From the human T2T-CHM13v2.0 reference genome, Homo sapiens, in the NCBI RefSeq assembly GCF_009914755.1, contig NC_060935.1: a DNA stretch of 64,000 nt; one strand, given 5' to 3'. Under the pieces are notes generated by a model. The model was not told the DNA's origin, searched no databases, and was given only the letters and a program-made list of their open reading frames with translations. A program made the position numbers and the translations under genes. This document shows, piece by piece, positions 46,948 to 60,954 of this stretch; position 1 is the first letter of the stretch; each line of letters opens with the position of its first letter.

Positions 46948-46967
46948 TTGCTGCCACCTAGTGGAAA
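46948..46967 (-). promoter_or_regulatory. CTCF-binding motif
   Basis: Minus strand CCACTAGGTGGCAGCA, near-perfect core, in apparently non-repeat AT-rich DNA. Confidence 0.7.
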
Positions 46968-49289
46968 TATGCCTAAATTGTAGGGTCAGTTGCAATAGTG
47001 ATTGATCATCCTCAAACACATTACATCCTCACTGTGATCCAAGCACTGTACCATGTGCTTCTCAAGCACCTGAACTCAATATTATCATGAAGTTCAATTC
47101 TGAGAAATAAACTAGATCAGGGAGAGGGGCAACATACTAAGCATAATGTAAATGGTAAATAACAATAATAAGCAAATATGTTTGGATAAGGGTGACGTAA
47201 CTGAAAACAGGTATGTCATAAGTTTACATTCATGGTATAATTTTTTTAAAGCAGATTTTTAAATATTTAAAAAGAGATACAATGACATAACAAGAGAGCA
47301 AATGAGAAGAGTAGGCATCAGAAGTAAAAATAATTGGTAGTGGGGACCACACGTCATGGGCTGAAATCCATCCGATTGCCAGTGTGTGGTCTTGGATGCC
47401 TCAGTTGATCTTACATAAGCTTTTCCTTTATCTCTGAAAGTGCACCAAATATATCAACATTGTATGTTTGTGTGAAGAGCATATAATATACAATCTATAT
47501 GAAAACCATTATATAATCTATTCAAACATGAGGGGTTATCATGTTGATTTTTAAATTGCCCATTTGTCTCAGAAGAAACATCTCCAGCTGTAATATTCTG
47601 ATAATTAGTTTATTAGAAATAGCATGAGAATCTATATTATTGTTGTCCCTGGCTAACTATATGTTTTTATTAAATACCAGTTAGCTATATGTTTTCATTA
47701 AAATGTCATCTAATTTGGATATGGTTTTCAAAAACTTTCATTTTTAGTCAATCTTGGCACAGTATTTTTTAATAAACAATTACCTTAGGTTTCAGGGTCA
47801 TTTTTATTATTCATGTACTTAGTATTATCATAGCCCTAATTATTTGTAAATAATGTAAATTTTATGCCCCTGAAAAACACTTGAAAATATTAAACTCTCA
47901 TTAAATTGCTAGGTAAAACTTAAACTAAAAAATGAATCATTAGGAAATTTTAAGTGTTAATTCCAAATCAAATGAAAATATGCTTAATCATTGATATAGT
48001 GAAAGTTGCAGTGAAGATTTTAAATAATGTTAATGCAAAAAATAAAGCACAATTTTCTCTACTTATCAGGGTATTTGAGGACTCATATGAATTGACAACA
48101 TCATGAGTATAAATTTTCCAAGAAGGCTTTGAACATTGCACTGACTAAACATCCATTGAAATGAATTTCCCTCAGGAACTCTTAAAGGGAGCATCTCAAA
48201 AGAAAAGAATCACAAGGTACTCATCTACTTTCAGAACAATGACCTGAGCTCAGAAGAGAAAGGAGGTTCTGGAAAGAACCAGTTTTCTATCACTTAAATT
48301 ATCCTTCAGCCCAGCCCAAAGACACATTCCTGAGTCCTGGCCCAAAGGGACTGGGAAAAGAATGCTGGAAAAAAGAAATTGAAAAGAGTATTGACGTGCA
48401 AGTAGTACTAATGCCAGCAGTTTGGGTAGCATCAGGGTATGATGCTCTCAATGCAGATACCTGTGTCTTCAATGCCAGCATCTTAGCCATGAGACACTGT
48501 TGTGCATCAAAGCTAGTGACATGGTGACTATCTGCAGGAAATACCATCCTGATCCATAACAGGAAAGAAGGAAAACAATAGATAACACAATAGTAGATTA
48601 TTATACAAAGAGTATGTGAGCCACTCCCTGATGGCTTCCAGAACTAGGAGGAATTTTGAGGACTATGTGGGTATAGAAGGAATTCAAAGGAATCTGGGGT
48701 AGTAAGACACCCTGGAAACTTTGTCTGATAACTATTATTGTGATCATGTTTCAGTCTTCCAGCTGATGTGGGCAAGAACAGTGGTTATACATAGCATTAT
48801 TAATTTAAACTCTGAGATAAGAGGAAAGAGCCTAGGTAAAATGTGTAGAAGATGAAAAACAGACCACAGACAAGACTTTGAGGATTATTCCCACATGTAA
48901 GGGTATAGAGGGAGAGAGAATCTTTGACGATTACAACGAGCCTACCATCTCTCATGTCCATTCTGTTACCCCAACACACACACACACACATACACATACA
49001 TACATAACATATTTTCACCTACAACTGTGAGGGCTGAAGGCAAGAAAACAATAAACAAATGCAGCTGGTGACTCCTCCTTGGTACCAGAGTAACTCCTGG
49101 CTATGTCTTTATTGAACTGCCTCCCATGGCTACCCTGGCTTTTAGAATTGAAAATTGCAACTGCTTCTGCTTTAGGATTCCACTCCTGAAGATCGACTGA
49201 ATGGCTCTTGTTCTCTTCTCTCTCTTAGAATTAGGTTCTTTGGGAATTACCTTCTCTCAAATCCAACTACCTGGTTAGGGATATATATT

Positions 49290-52190
49290 ATATACATATT
49301 TCCAAGTTGGATTTATCCTCAAAAATATGTAAGTCTGGTTCGACATTTTAAAATCAGTCAATGAATCTCTCTTTATCAATAAAGTGAAAATCAAGGAGAA
49401 AATATATAAAATCAATCAATTCAGTATATGTCTTTTAAAAAATCCAGCATCCATTTATGATAAAGACTCTTGGCAAACTAGGATTAGAAAGAACACCTGC
49501 AATCTGATATAGTTCATAGGTTAATAACAAAAATACCCTACAGCTATTATGACACTTACTAGTAAAAAACTAAATGTTTTTCTCCTAAGATCAGGAAAAA
49601 GGCAATGATGTCTGCTCTCACCATTCATTTTATACATTGTACTGGAGTTCTTATCAATAAAGCAGGAAAAATAAGTAAAAGTTACATAGATTGCAAAGAA
49701 AAATATAAAACTTCCTTTATACAATGTATTAGTCTGTTTTCACATAGCTATAAAGAACTTCCCAAGACTGGGTAATATATAAAGGAAAAAGGTTAATTGA
49801 CTCAGTTCTACATGGCTGGGGAGGCCTCAGGAAACTTACAGTCATGGTGGAAGGTGAAGGGGAAGCAAGGACCTCCTTCACATGGCAGTAGGAGAGAGAG
49901 AGTGAGACAGTGAAGCGGGAAGAGCCCCTTATAAAACCATCAGATCTCATGAGAGCTCACTCGCTATCATGAGAACAGAATGGGGGAAACTACCGCAATG
50001 ATTCAGTTACCTACCGTCAGGTCTTTCCCTCAACACTTGAGGATTACAATTCAAGATGAGATTTGGGTGGGGACACAAAGCCTAACCATATCATCCACAA
50101 ATAATATGAGTGTAGAAAATCCCAAAGAATCTATAGCATAGGTTCAAGAACTAATAAGTAAGTTAAGCAGTGCCCCAATAAACAGTCAAATTATAAAAAT
50201 TAACTGTAGTAAACAATTGGTAATTGAGCTAGTAATTAACAATTAGTAATTGAACACTATTAGTAAATAATTGGTAATTGAAATTTTCAAGTGTATCATT
50301 TACAATACAATAGCATTTTTAAAAACATGAAATACTTAGGTATAAACCTAATGAAATAAGTACAAGATCTGTGTGCAGCAAACTATAAAACACTGATGAA
50401 AGAAACCAATTATCTAAATATGTGGAGATATATAGCATGTGTATGGATTAGAAGACTCAATGTAGTGCCATAATAAATATCAATTCCCCCAAAATAGATC
50501 CTATATTCAATACATTTTAAATCAAATATCAACAGGATTTTCTGTAGATATTTTCAAATTGATTCTAAAAATTTTTATGTTGATGCTGATCATTTTGAAA
50601 AAATAAAAATAATAAAATAAAATATTTATGGAAAGATAAAGGAACTAGAAGAGCCAAAATAGTTTTGAAATAGAAGAACAAAGTTGAGGGACACACATTA
50701 CTTGCTTTAAAAAGATACGCATACAGCTACAATAATTAAGAAAGTATGATATTGGAGAAAGAAAAGAATACATATATCAATGAAACAGAATAGACAGTTC
50801 TGTTCTGAAGAACAGAAATAGACCCACATACTTACAATCAAATGACTTTCATCAATATGCAAAAAACAGCTCAAATGAGAAAGAATATACTTTTCCACGA
50901 ATAATGCTAGGACAATTAGATGCCACTGTGCCAAAATATGAAACAGTTTTTACTTCACACCATACACAAGTAATTAAATCATACAACTAAATGTAAAATA
51001 TAAATTATAAAATTTCTAGAGGAAAACATAGAAAAAAATCATTATGACTTTGCATTATGCAAAGATTTCCTAGGTGTTACACCAAACACACAATTAATAA
51101 AAGGAAAAATGATAAATGAGACATTGCAAAAATTGAGGATTCTGCTCTCAAAAAATATTAGTGGAATGAAAAGACAAGTTACAGATTGGAAAAAATATTT
51201 TCAAATTATATATTTGATAAAGGAATTGTATGTAGCATATATAAAGAACTTTCAAAACTAAGTTTTACATTTCAGAAATTTTTTAAATGGGCAAAATATA
51301 TGTGAACATATAATTCAGCAAAATAGATACATGGATGGACATATGATACTCAACACCACTATTCATTAACAAAATAGAAATTAAAATCAAAACTAAACCC
51401 CACTTGTATCTATTAGAATGGCAAAAAATAAAAATAAAAAACAAGTAGCATATAGTAAGTGTAGCCATTCTGGAAAACAGTATAGATATGCCTCAAAAAA
51501 CTAAACTTAGAACTGCTATATGACCCAGCAATCCCACTACTGGGTATATATCCAAAAATAATGAAATCAATATGTCAAAGAGATAACTGCACTCTCATGT
51601 TTATTGCAGCACTATTGACCATAGCCATAATATGAAATCAAGCTAAATGTCCATTAATGGATGAATGGCTAAAGAATATATAGTATATATACACTATTCT
51701 GCCTTCAAAGAAAAGAAAATCTTGTCCTTTGCTACAACATGAATAAACCTGGAGGGCATTATGGCAAGTGAAATAAACCTGGCACAGAAAGACAAATACT
51801 GTATGCCCTCAATTATGTGAAATCTAAAAAAAACTGAACTCATAGAAGCAGAGAGTAGAATGGTGGCTCTCAGGGGCAGGGGTAGGGGGAGCAGGGAGAT
51901 GTCACTTAAAAGGTACAAAGTTTCAGTTAGACAGGAGAAATAAATTTTGGAGATTTGTTGTACAGCATGGTGACTATAATTAATGATAATGTGTGTAGTA
52001 TACTTGAAAATCACTGAAAAAGTAGATTTTAAAATGTTGTCATCAGAAAAATCATAAGTAGGTGAGCTGATGGATATGTTAATTTGCTTGATTTAATAAT
52101 TCTTCTATGTATACATATATCAAAACATTATGTTATATAACATAAATATATACAATTTGGCATTTGTCAATTTAAATAAATAAATAAACA
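49290..52190 (+). mobile_element. Degenerate old L1M ORF2 and 3' segments (L1MA-type 3' end at about 51460-52190)
   Basis: Decayed RT-region similarity (AAATCCAGCATCCATTTATGATAAAGACTCT; AAATACTTAGGTATAAACCTAA) and L1MA 3' UTR. Confidence 0.75.
49725..50093 (-). mobile_element. THE1 (C/D-like) solo LTR nested in L1M
   Basis: TGTATTAGTCTGTTTTCAC ... GGGGACACAAAGCCTAACCATATCA. Confidence 0.88.
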
Positions 52191-53139
52191 AAGAGACCTA
52201 ACTCTCAATAAATAAATACATACATACTTAAGGAATGCACGAACGAATAATTTCTCCCTTATCCATGTTTTTCCTTTGAATTCTACTCTCCAACCATTTT
52301 TTTCTCTGCCTGGTTGGATAGCTTTCTCTCCTTTAAGTAGTCATGGAATTGAGATCAGTCATCCACTGTTTATTGTAGCTACTTTGAAAAGACCGAAGTT
52401 CCATGTTCTCAGCTTAAGAAACAAGAGAATCAAATATTTTACTTTTTCCCCTCCACCTGAAAGCACATGTACTAATGGCTTGATTTTGTTAAATGTGTGG
52501 CCCCATATTACTTTTTATTTGTATGTATCTCTCCATAGAATAAAAGTTCTACATCTTTATATTACACCTTTATATTCCATAGCAGAATAAGTTTTTTAAA
52601 ATGTTTTAAGAAAAAAATGCCCTATTTCTAATGTCTCTTTCCTGTAGGAAGATAGTAGGTTTCTGTGGAAAGAAAATGGATTTATGAATTGAGGGGTATG
52701 ATTGACCATATCAACACATTTATGTGAGTTTCAAAATAAATGCATGTGTCATATATTTATATGCAGTGTTTGGTATTACACAGAGTTCAAATATCAGATC
52801 AATCCCTTACTAGCATAAAATTTCGATCAATTTATTTAGCTTCTCTGAATTTCGGTTTCCTCCTCTGCACGGGGAATTGGGGAGAACTTAGTGAGTTAAC
52901 ACACATAAGGCACATAGTATAGTGCTTAGCACATAAGAGGAGCTCAGGAAGGTTAAGGTCCCATCCTTTTAACATACTTCTGGCCAAATAGGTTCTACTA
53001 AGTAATGGAATAGAGTCAATAAATATGTATTTATAGATAGGCAATTTTGCTTTATTTTGTGGAGTGGTGTTTAACCTATCCTTATGTTCCACTGCTATCC
53101 TGAGTTTTTTCGTCAGGTACTACCAGAAAATATCTTGAT

Positions 53140-53683
53140 TGGCCTTGGGGGATTGGAGGCCCTAGCCACTGGGATGGAGTTTAATAAGCATCAGTTTTGG
53201 AGCTTTTAGAGTTTGCGTTCTAGACAACCCCAGAGAGCAATTAATCATAAAGCTGTGAAGTTCGGGTGATACATTCCTCCCTTTCAAAAAGACCCTCAGG
53301 AGCAAATATAATGAAACATCTCCAAGGACAGAAGAAAAAAACCTCTCCCCAATTTACCCCCAACCCCAGCTTTGAACATTTTCTCAAAATGACCCTAAAT
53401 GCAGATATTAGCTGATGCCAGAAGAGCTTCTTAAAGATTACAACCTCCATCCTTTCTTTATATATCTTTTTCTTCCTTTACTCTGCCCCAAAGCACACCT
53501 TCTATGCACCAAGAGGATATTTTGATCCTTGATGAAAAAACCAGCCGCAAGCTCTCTCCAAACTCATTAGCACTTTGGTAATTGGAAGCAGCCACTGAAA
53601 CCCAATTAAACTCCTTCCAAAGCAGAACAACTCAAAACAGGTATCAGCTAAAGGGCAGACAGAGCAGGAGCAACAGGGTAAGT
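53140..53683 (+). promoter_or_regulatory. Candidate OR5A1 promoter and first non-coding exon
   Basis: CCCCAGAGA-G-CAATTA 53228-53243, O/E-like CCTCAGGAG 53294-53302, TAATGA 53309; donor AGG|GTAAGT at 53677/53678. Confidence 0.65.
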
Positions 53684-53859
53684 GCAGTTTGCTCTTTGTC
53701 TTCATGCCCATATTAATCTCACATGATAGAATTCCCTATATCCACAAGCCCATATAGGTAACCAATAAGTTCTTTGACTTTTAGTTTTTCTCCCTGCACC
53801 TCTCAATGCTATTTGTCTTTCCTCAAATTCAGCCAAATCTTTTTTTGTACTTTTTAAAA

Positions 53860-54362
53860 AATAGACCTTATTTTTTAGAGCAATTGTAGAGTCACGGCAA
53901 TATTGACCAGAGATTTCCTATTTATCCTTTTACTCCTACACATGCATAGCCTCCTCCATGATCAATCTCCCCCACCACAGTGGTACATTGTTACAATCAA
54001 TGAACCTACACTGGCAAATTATTATCACCCAAAATCCATAGTTAACATTTGGGTTCATTCTTAGTGTTGTGTATTCCGTGGGTTTGGACAAATGTATGAT
54101 GACATGTATCCACTGTTATAGGATCATCCATAGTAGCTTCACTGTCCTAAAAACCCTCTGTGCTCTCCCTGTTCACCCTTCCCTCTCCCTGACCCCTAGC
54201 AACTACTGATCTTTTTACTGTCTCCATAGTTTTGCTTTTTCCAATATGTCTTATAGGTGGAATCATACCCTATGTAGCCTTTCAGGTTGATTTATTTCAC
54301 TTAGTAATATGCACGTAAGTTTCCTCCATGTCTTTTCATGGCTTGATAGCTCATTTATTTTC
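53860..54362 (-). mobile_element. L1MC-type 3' end
   Basis: GTGGTACATTGTTACAATCAATGAACCTACACTG signature. Confidence 0.8.
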
Positions 54363-54683
54363 GGTACTATACTTTTCAAGAAGTCTGCTGTATACTATTT
54401 TGTTTTCAAGCATTCTCTGCTGTCATTTAAGTACTTAAGTAGAATATGGAAACTTTGAATTTACAGATTTTTTTGCCAAAGTTTTTTAAATGTACATTAT
54501 TCTTTTCATATTTGAGCTTTCTCCAATTCAAAATTGAAATTCCAGATAACATGCAGAAATTTAGGATTTACATACAAGTTTGTTGTCTGTCTCAGATAAT
54601 TCTATGCTCTTGATTTATCAGTTGAATAATTTTCCCAGTGCAGTGTTTTATTAATTGTTGTATACGATAAGCTGGACCCTGTT

Positions 54684-55081
54684 TGATATAGTTTGAGTGT
54701 TTCTTCCCTCCAAATCTCATGTTGAAATGTAATCCCCATTGTTGGAGGCGGGGCCTGGTAGGAGGTGATTGGCCCATGGGGCGGATCCTTCATGAATGGG
54801 GTAGTGCTATCCCCTTGGTGATTAGTGAATTCAGGCAACAGCTGGTTGTTTAAAGAGCCTGGCCCCTTTCTGTTGCTCTCTCTCTCTTGCGTCTGCTCTC
54901 ACCATATGAGATGTCTACTCCCCCTTCACCTTCCGCCGTGATTATAGCTTCCTGCAGCCCTCACCAGAAGCAGATGCCAGCGCCACACTTCTTGTACTGT
55001 CTGCCGAACTGTGAGCCAATTAAACCTCTTTTCTTTATAAATTATCCAGCCTCAGGTAGTCCTGAAAAACGGCCTAATACA
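54684..55081 (+). mobile_element. MST (MaLR) solo LTR
   Basis: TGATATAGTTTG..CCAAATCTCATGTTGAAATG ... CTAATACA; TSD CTGTT/CTATT. Confidence 0.88.
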
Positions 55082-56902
55082 CTATTCTATATTGTCTTAA
55101 ATGGGACATATTACTAAAAGAGAGCTAAAAGAGACACATGTTCTCTTCAACTGGTAATCAGTTGACTATTAAATGTTCAGTAGCATTTTTTTTAAGTCTT
55201 CAGAAAATCATGATGAATTATTAGCTTTATAAATGCATTAATTGTTCATTACAAATTTTGTGAACAGTAAACCCAGCATACTATTAGATGCTAAGGTAGA
55301 ACAAATATGAAACCAATCTTTTCAAAAACCAAGGTTACTCTAAGGAGGGAAATTTGCTCACCGTGATAATCTGAGTGAGGCATTTAAGAGCCTGATTCTG
55401 AAATCACAGCCCAATATTGGTTCTTCTCTACTGCTCCCGTGATGAGCTTCCTGAAGTACATTTGAGCCCTTGCAACTACCAAGATGATTAAAAGGGAATG
55501 ACATTTCTGAAGGAACTTCTATGCCCTTACACACAGCCTCAATTATTAGTAAGCAATCCAAAAAGTAATTTAGAAGGCCTGTAATCCAGACACACTTTAC
55601 ATAGCAGATTTTCCAAACACTGCAGAGGCCTCTAAACTCCAAAACTCTCCTTCTCTTTTCTCACTAATGCTATGAATGATACCATCTGAATCTTAATTCT
55701 TGAATTAAAGTCTTGACCCCTTTAGCATTGTCACCTTACATTGAGAGGAACTCCTCATTTCATCAATCATTTGTACATTCAGATAAAAGAAAGACCTGGA
55801 AGAGCAGTATCTTGAGGGCACCAGGCACTGGCAGGGATGAGAGGAAAATGGCATTATGAAGTGAAGGACACCAGATCAGGATTGGCGGGGAAATCACAGA
55901 ACACCTCCAACTCCACAATTTGGCTGAGGTCCTTATCATTCCATGTTTTCCTCCATCACAAACTGTGTCTGTGAAGCTCAAATGAGGCAAATTTTGTTAC
56001 AAAGTTTAACACTTCTTCCAGATATATTTGATGGAAAATGAACAGAATCATAAATCAACTCTACGAGTCCCCATCAATTATCCAGTATCTTCTATGTGCA
56101 AAGGTCTGTGCTAGGTGCTTGGTTTTACTGTATTATTATCTTCCCGTGTCAGTCAAGGATAGTGTAGTTCACAAAGATGCTGGAACTGCATCTATGAGTC
56201 TAATGAGGTCACTGAGCCTCTCAGACTCTTCCTCTTCAGCTCTGTAAAATAGACCTGGTGTTGATTATACCTGGTGTTGATTATATCATAGAATTGTAGG
56301 GAGTCCAGGCTCCCCAAGTTTGCTGCAAGAGTGAATAAAACTTCCTTTCCCTCTCAAGGGAAGAAGCACCTCTTCATGACAGAGTTCCATGCCATAAAGC
56401 ACTCCATACAATCCTTAAGATACCTTCTCTCTAATGTTCTAAAATAAGCTGCAGGGCATCCATATGTGGGAATAAAACTCTACATATGCTTTTCCTTTTG
56501 TTTCAATTTGTCCAGCTCCACTTTCTGTTTCTGGGACTGGGAAATCTCATCCTTAAATACAAAATTTCTCCCTCCTGATGACAATATTCAAAACAGACTT
56601 TCAATTAACCCATCAGACTCCAATCATTAAGTTCCTCAACCTCACTCGTAAACACTTCTTACAAATCTGCATGGTCCATTAGTGAACTTCTTATTTCTCT
56701 AACATAAGCATACTTCAACCTATTACATAAGGAGGAAGGGTTTCAAAATTAATGGTCGGTCCTATCAATAATATTTTAAGGAATAGTTGCTGCTGATAAC
56801 AATCACATTCCCAGTTTATTAAGCAAACATTCTATCTCAAGACCCACCGTGATCCCTTTATACATTATCTTAAGCAATTTTCAAGCTCTGTTAAGTAGTT
56901 AC

Positions 56903-57212
56903 TGTTTGTTTTATTGTTGTTTTGAGACAAGGTCTCCCTTTGTCACCTAGGCTGGAGTGTAGTGGCATGATCACAACTAACTGCAGCCTCAACCTTGTGG
57001 GCTCAAGCAATCCTCCCACCTCAGCCTCCTGGTAGCTGGGACCACAGCTGTATGCCACCATACCCTACCAATTTTTTCATTTTTATTTTTATTTGTAGAG
57101 ATGAGGTCTCACCATGTTTCTCAGGTTGGTCTCGAGCTCCTGGCCTCAAGCAATCCTCCAGCCTCTGCTTCCCAAAGTGCTAGGATTGTGGGCATAAACC
57201 ACCACACCTGGC
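56903..57212 (-). mobile_element. AluJ
   Basis: J-type diagnostics (GCTCAAGCAATCCTCCC), diverged. Confidence 0.9.
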
Positions 57213-58714
57213 TAGTAGTCACTGTTATTCCCATTTTACAAATGAGGAAATTGAAATTCAGAAAGGCTAAATGAGTTGCCCAACATCCCACAGCTGGCAA
57301 GTGGCAGAGTCAGAATTAGAACCAGTCTTTTTCTAAAGCCTACCCAGGATCAAACCACTACCTTCTCCCACTCCCCTTTCTTCTAACCTGAATGGGTGCC
57401 CCCAGATGACCCTGAATCATAACACAGACCTCAGGTTTCTACCTTGCCAAATGGCTGTACCTCTATGGAATGTGTGAGGCCTCCCGCAGAGCTCTTCTTG
57501 TTTTAGCTCCCAGTTTCTCCATGTGACTCTACATCTGCTCTCGATTATGCCAAAGTTTGTTGCACGTTCCTCTTTTATTTCTTTGAAGGATAAAGAATCC
57601 TCTCTTGACTCTAGAAAGTTCACAAACCTTTCACAAACAGGAGCAAAACCTTAGAATATAGGATGAAGCTTAAAGTCATACCGACAATAGCGTGACTAAT
57701 GTGATGAATATCTAAAACTCTGCACAAATGACAGCATGATGATAGCTAAAAGGAGCTTCACATTCTCCCATTATCCAAATGTGAGGGGTTTAGCAATAAA
57801 AAATAAGTAGAAGGAACTATTGACAGGGGAGAAATGGGCCCCAATTTCAAGGGCATCTGTCTGTGCAAGTTCCAGGAAAAAAATATTAAGAATGTCAATG
57901 AGACCTTAACTGGCAATGAGTAGATGTGGATTGATTTGTGAAAATTGAGGATGTCGAAATAAAGTGGCTCTCCTAAATTGAGCAGAAAAATTTGGCGCAA
58001 ATAGAGTATTACTTCCCAAATTGTGAAGTTATTGACTTGCAATGACTTCTATAATATATACAAGTTACAAAGGTTTGTGTACTATGATACAAACACCTAT
58101 GCACATAAACATATACTTGTACATAAAAAGTATACACCAAAATATTAAGAGTTATTATTTCAGGAGATAGATAATAATGTTCAGTTTCCTTTTTTTTATT
58201 AATCAGGAACATGATTTTTTGTTTCAATAGTTCACATTTGTATATTGATCATATTAATCAAAATATCTCACAGTTCTTTAATTTAAAAGCCAGTTAAAAT
58301 AATTTCATTGATTTCCAAATTATTTGGGTTAAGAACTGAAGAAGGATCAAGATATATTCCAAACCTTTAAGGGTCATTCACCATAAGCCACATGGCCCTC
58401 TGACCACATTTTTCCTGGTACTTTCTATAGGATTAGGGAAACCTACCAGTTTCAGAGACCTGATGACTACAGTTCTCTTCTGATTAATGTGCATTGAGAC
58501 TCAGTGTGGCTGTGTGAGGGGGCAATGGGAGTCCTTACTGGTGTGGATTTAATAAAATCAAGTCCCTGATCTTGAAAGATGCTTCATGCACTAAAAATTC
58601 AAATAATTTGATTGAGGATACTTTGTAACTTAGGTTTAAAATAACAACAGCAACAACAACAAATACTTATAGAACAGTTACTATGGGCCAGGCATGTTCT
58701 AAGAAGATTAGATG

Positions 58715-58780
58715 ATACATGATGATGATGATAGATGGTAGATAGATGATAGACAGATAGATAAAGATGGATAGAGAGAT

Positions 58781-58827
<47 letters not shown>

Positions 58828-58848
58828 GATAGATGATAATTAGACAGA
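58715..58848 (+). repeat. (GATA)n tetranucleotide STR, pure (GATA)11 at 58781-58824
   Basis: Direct reading; interrupts a MIR. Confidence 0.95.
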
Positions 58849-59002
58849 TCCTATAACAAAGTAAATACTATTATTATCTCTAATTTTACAGAGAGAGAGA
58901 GTTCAAGTGACCTGGTCAACATCGCACATCTACTAAGTGAAGCTGAGAATTAAATCCAGGCAGTCTAGATCCAGAGCCCACACTCAACAACTAAACAACT
59001 CA

Positions 59003-59321
<319 letters not shown>

Positions 59322-59949
59322 AATAACTCAGAATGCTCAGACTAAGATAAATTTGAAATTCAACCTACATTAGTATATTTGGACCCAATATTCGACAATT
59401 AAGAGCATTTTTACATATATGTGGGCTAATCCTTTGCATTAAAAACATTCTATCTGATTAATCGTTTCACAACTACATAGCTGAACCTAGTTCCGTTGAT
59501 CTTTCCTTCCTAATATTGAAACTTAGGTAAAGTAGATGAATAGTTATTCCAAGACATGACCTGACTTACCTGAGGCACACAGAACTGTCCTAATAATTAC
59601 TCACTGGTCACTTGTTATGTGCCAGGCACTTAAAACAAATCTGTGAATTAATTTCTATCATCCAGTTTTAAGGATAAATAAATTGAAGCCAGAGATGTTA
59701 GCTATCTCACCCAAAATGGTGGAGGCAGGAGTTGATCCCAGGGATTTTGGGTTCAAAAGTTAGATTCATTATCAACTACACTATACTACCTAAATATTTA
59801 AGATGATGACTGCAACTCCCTTCTTTGAGAGAGAGAGACTGAGATTGAGACTGAGAAAGAGAAAGAGAGTCTTTGCATAAAGCTGTAACCTGTAATCCTC
59901 TGCCCTCCCTCTCAAGCATTTTGTAGTTATTTGCTAATACCACCTATAA

Positions 59950-59973
59950 TGTGGACTGTCATTACTATCCCAG
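59950..59973 (+). promoter_or_regulatory. Candidate splice acceptor of the OR5A1 coding exon, 33 nt before the ATG
   Basis: gtcattactatccCAG|GTCTG. Confidence 0.6.
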
Positions 59974-60006
59974 GTCTGCATCTTGTCCTTGTGGTCCACG
60001 GGAAGC

Positions 60007-60954
60007 ATGTCCATAACCAAAGCCTGGAACAGCTCATCAGTGACCATGTTCATCCTCCTGGGATTCACAGACCATCCAGAACTCCAGGCCCTCCTCTTTG
60101 TGACCTTCCTGGGCATCTATCTTACCACCCTGGCCTGGAACCTGGCCCTCATTTTTCTGATCAGAGGTGACACCCATCTGCACACACCCATGTACTTCTT
60201 CCTAAGCAACTTATCTTTCATTGACATCTGCTACTCTTCTGCTGTGGCTCCCAATATGCTCACTGACTTCTTCTGGGAGCAGAAGACCATATCATTTGTG
60301 GGCTGTGCTGCTCAGTTTTTTTTCTTTGTCGGCATGGGTCTGTCTGAGTGCCTCCTCCTGACTGCTATGGCATACGACCGATATGCAGCCATCTCCAGCC
60401 CCCTTCTCTACCCCACTATCATGACCCAGGGCCTCTGTACACGCATGGTGGTTGGGGCATATGTTGGTGGCTTCCTGAGCTCCCTGATCCAGGCCAGCTC
60501 CATATTTAGGCTTCACTTTTGCGGACCCAACATCATCAACCACTTCTTCTGCAACCTCCCACCAGTCCTGGCTCTGTCTTGCTCTGACACCTTCCTCAGT
60601 CAAGTGGTGAATTTCCTCGTGGTGGTCACCGTCGGAGGAACATCGTTCCTCCAACTCCTTATCTCCTATGGTTACATAGTGTCTGCGGTCCTGAAGATCC
60701 CTTCAGCAGAGGGCCGATGGAAAGCCTGCAACACGTGTGCCTCGCATCTGATGGTGGTGACTCTGCTGTTTGGGACAGCCCTTTTCGTGTACTTGCGACC
60801 CAGCTCCAGCTACTTGCTAGGCAGGGACAAGGTGGTGTCTGTTTTCTATTCATTGGTGATCCCCATGCTGAACCCTCTCATTTACAGTTTGAGGAACAAA
60901 GAGATCAAGGATGCCCTGTGGAAGGTGTTGGAAAGGAAGAAAGTGTTTTCTTAG
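60007..60954 (+). CDS. OR5A1: Olfactory receptor 5A1 (315 aa; Asn183 allele)
   Basis: Recognised protein [22 protein letters not shown]; ATG at 60007 (the track start at 59983 is a TTG); codon 183 = AAC at 60553-60555. Confidence 0.97.
   Translation: MSITKAWNSSSVTMFILLGFTDHPELQALLFVTFLGIYLTTLAWNLALIFLIRGDTHLHTPMYFFLSNLSFIDICYSSAVAPNMLTDFFWEQKTISFVGCAAQFFFFVGMGLSECLLLTAMAYDRYAAISSPLLYPTIMTQGLCTRMVVGAYVGGFLSSLIQASSIFRLHFCGPNIINHFFCNLPPVLALSCSDTFLSQVVNFLVVVTVGGTSFLQLLISYGYIVSAVLKIPSAEGRWKACNTCASHLMVVTLLFGTALFVYLRPSSSYLLGRDKVVSVFYSLVIPMLNPLIYSLRNKEIKDALWKVLERKKVFS

Noticed and set aside
48250-48550. Repeated AATGCCAGCA (48410, 48471) and short ORFs in unique DNA
   Set aside because: Only two copies, no array structure, and the translations show no recognisable protein similarity
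59983-60006. N-terminal extension MSLWSTGS of OR5A1 in the ORF track
   Set aside because: It starts at TTG; the recognised protein begins at ATG 60007
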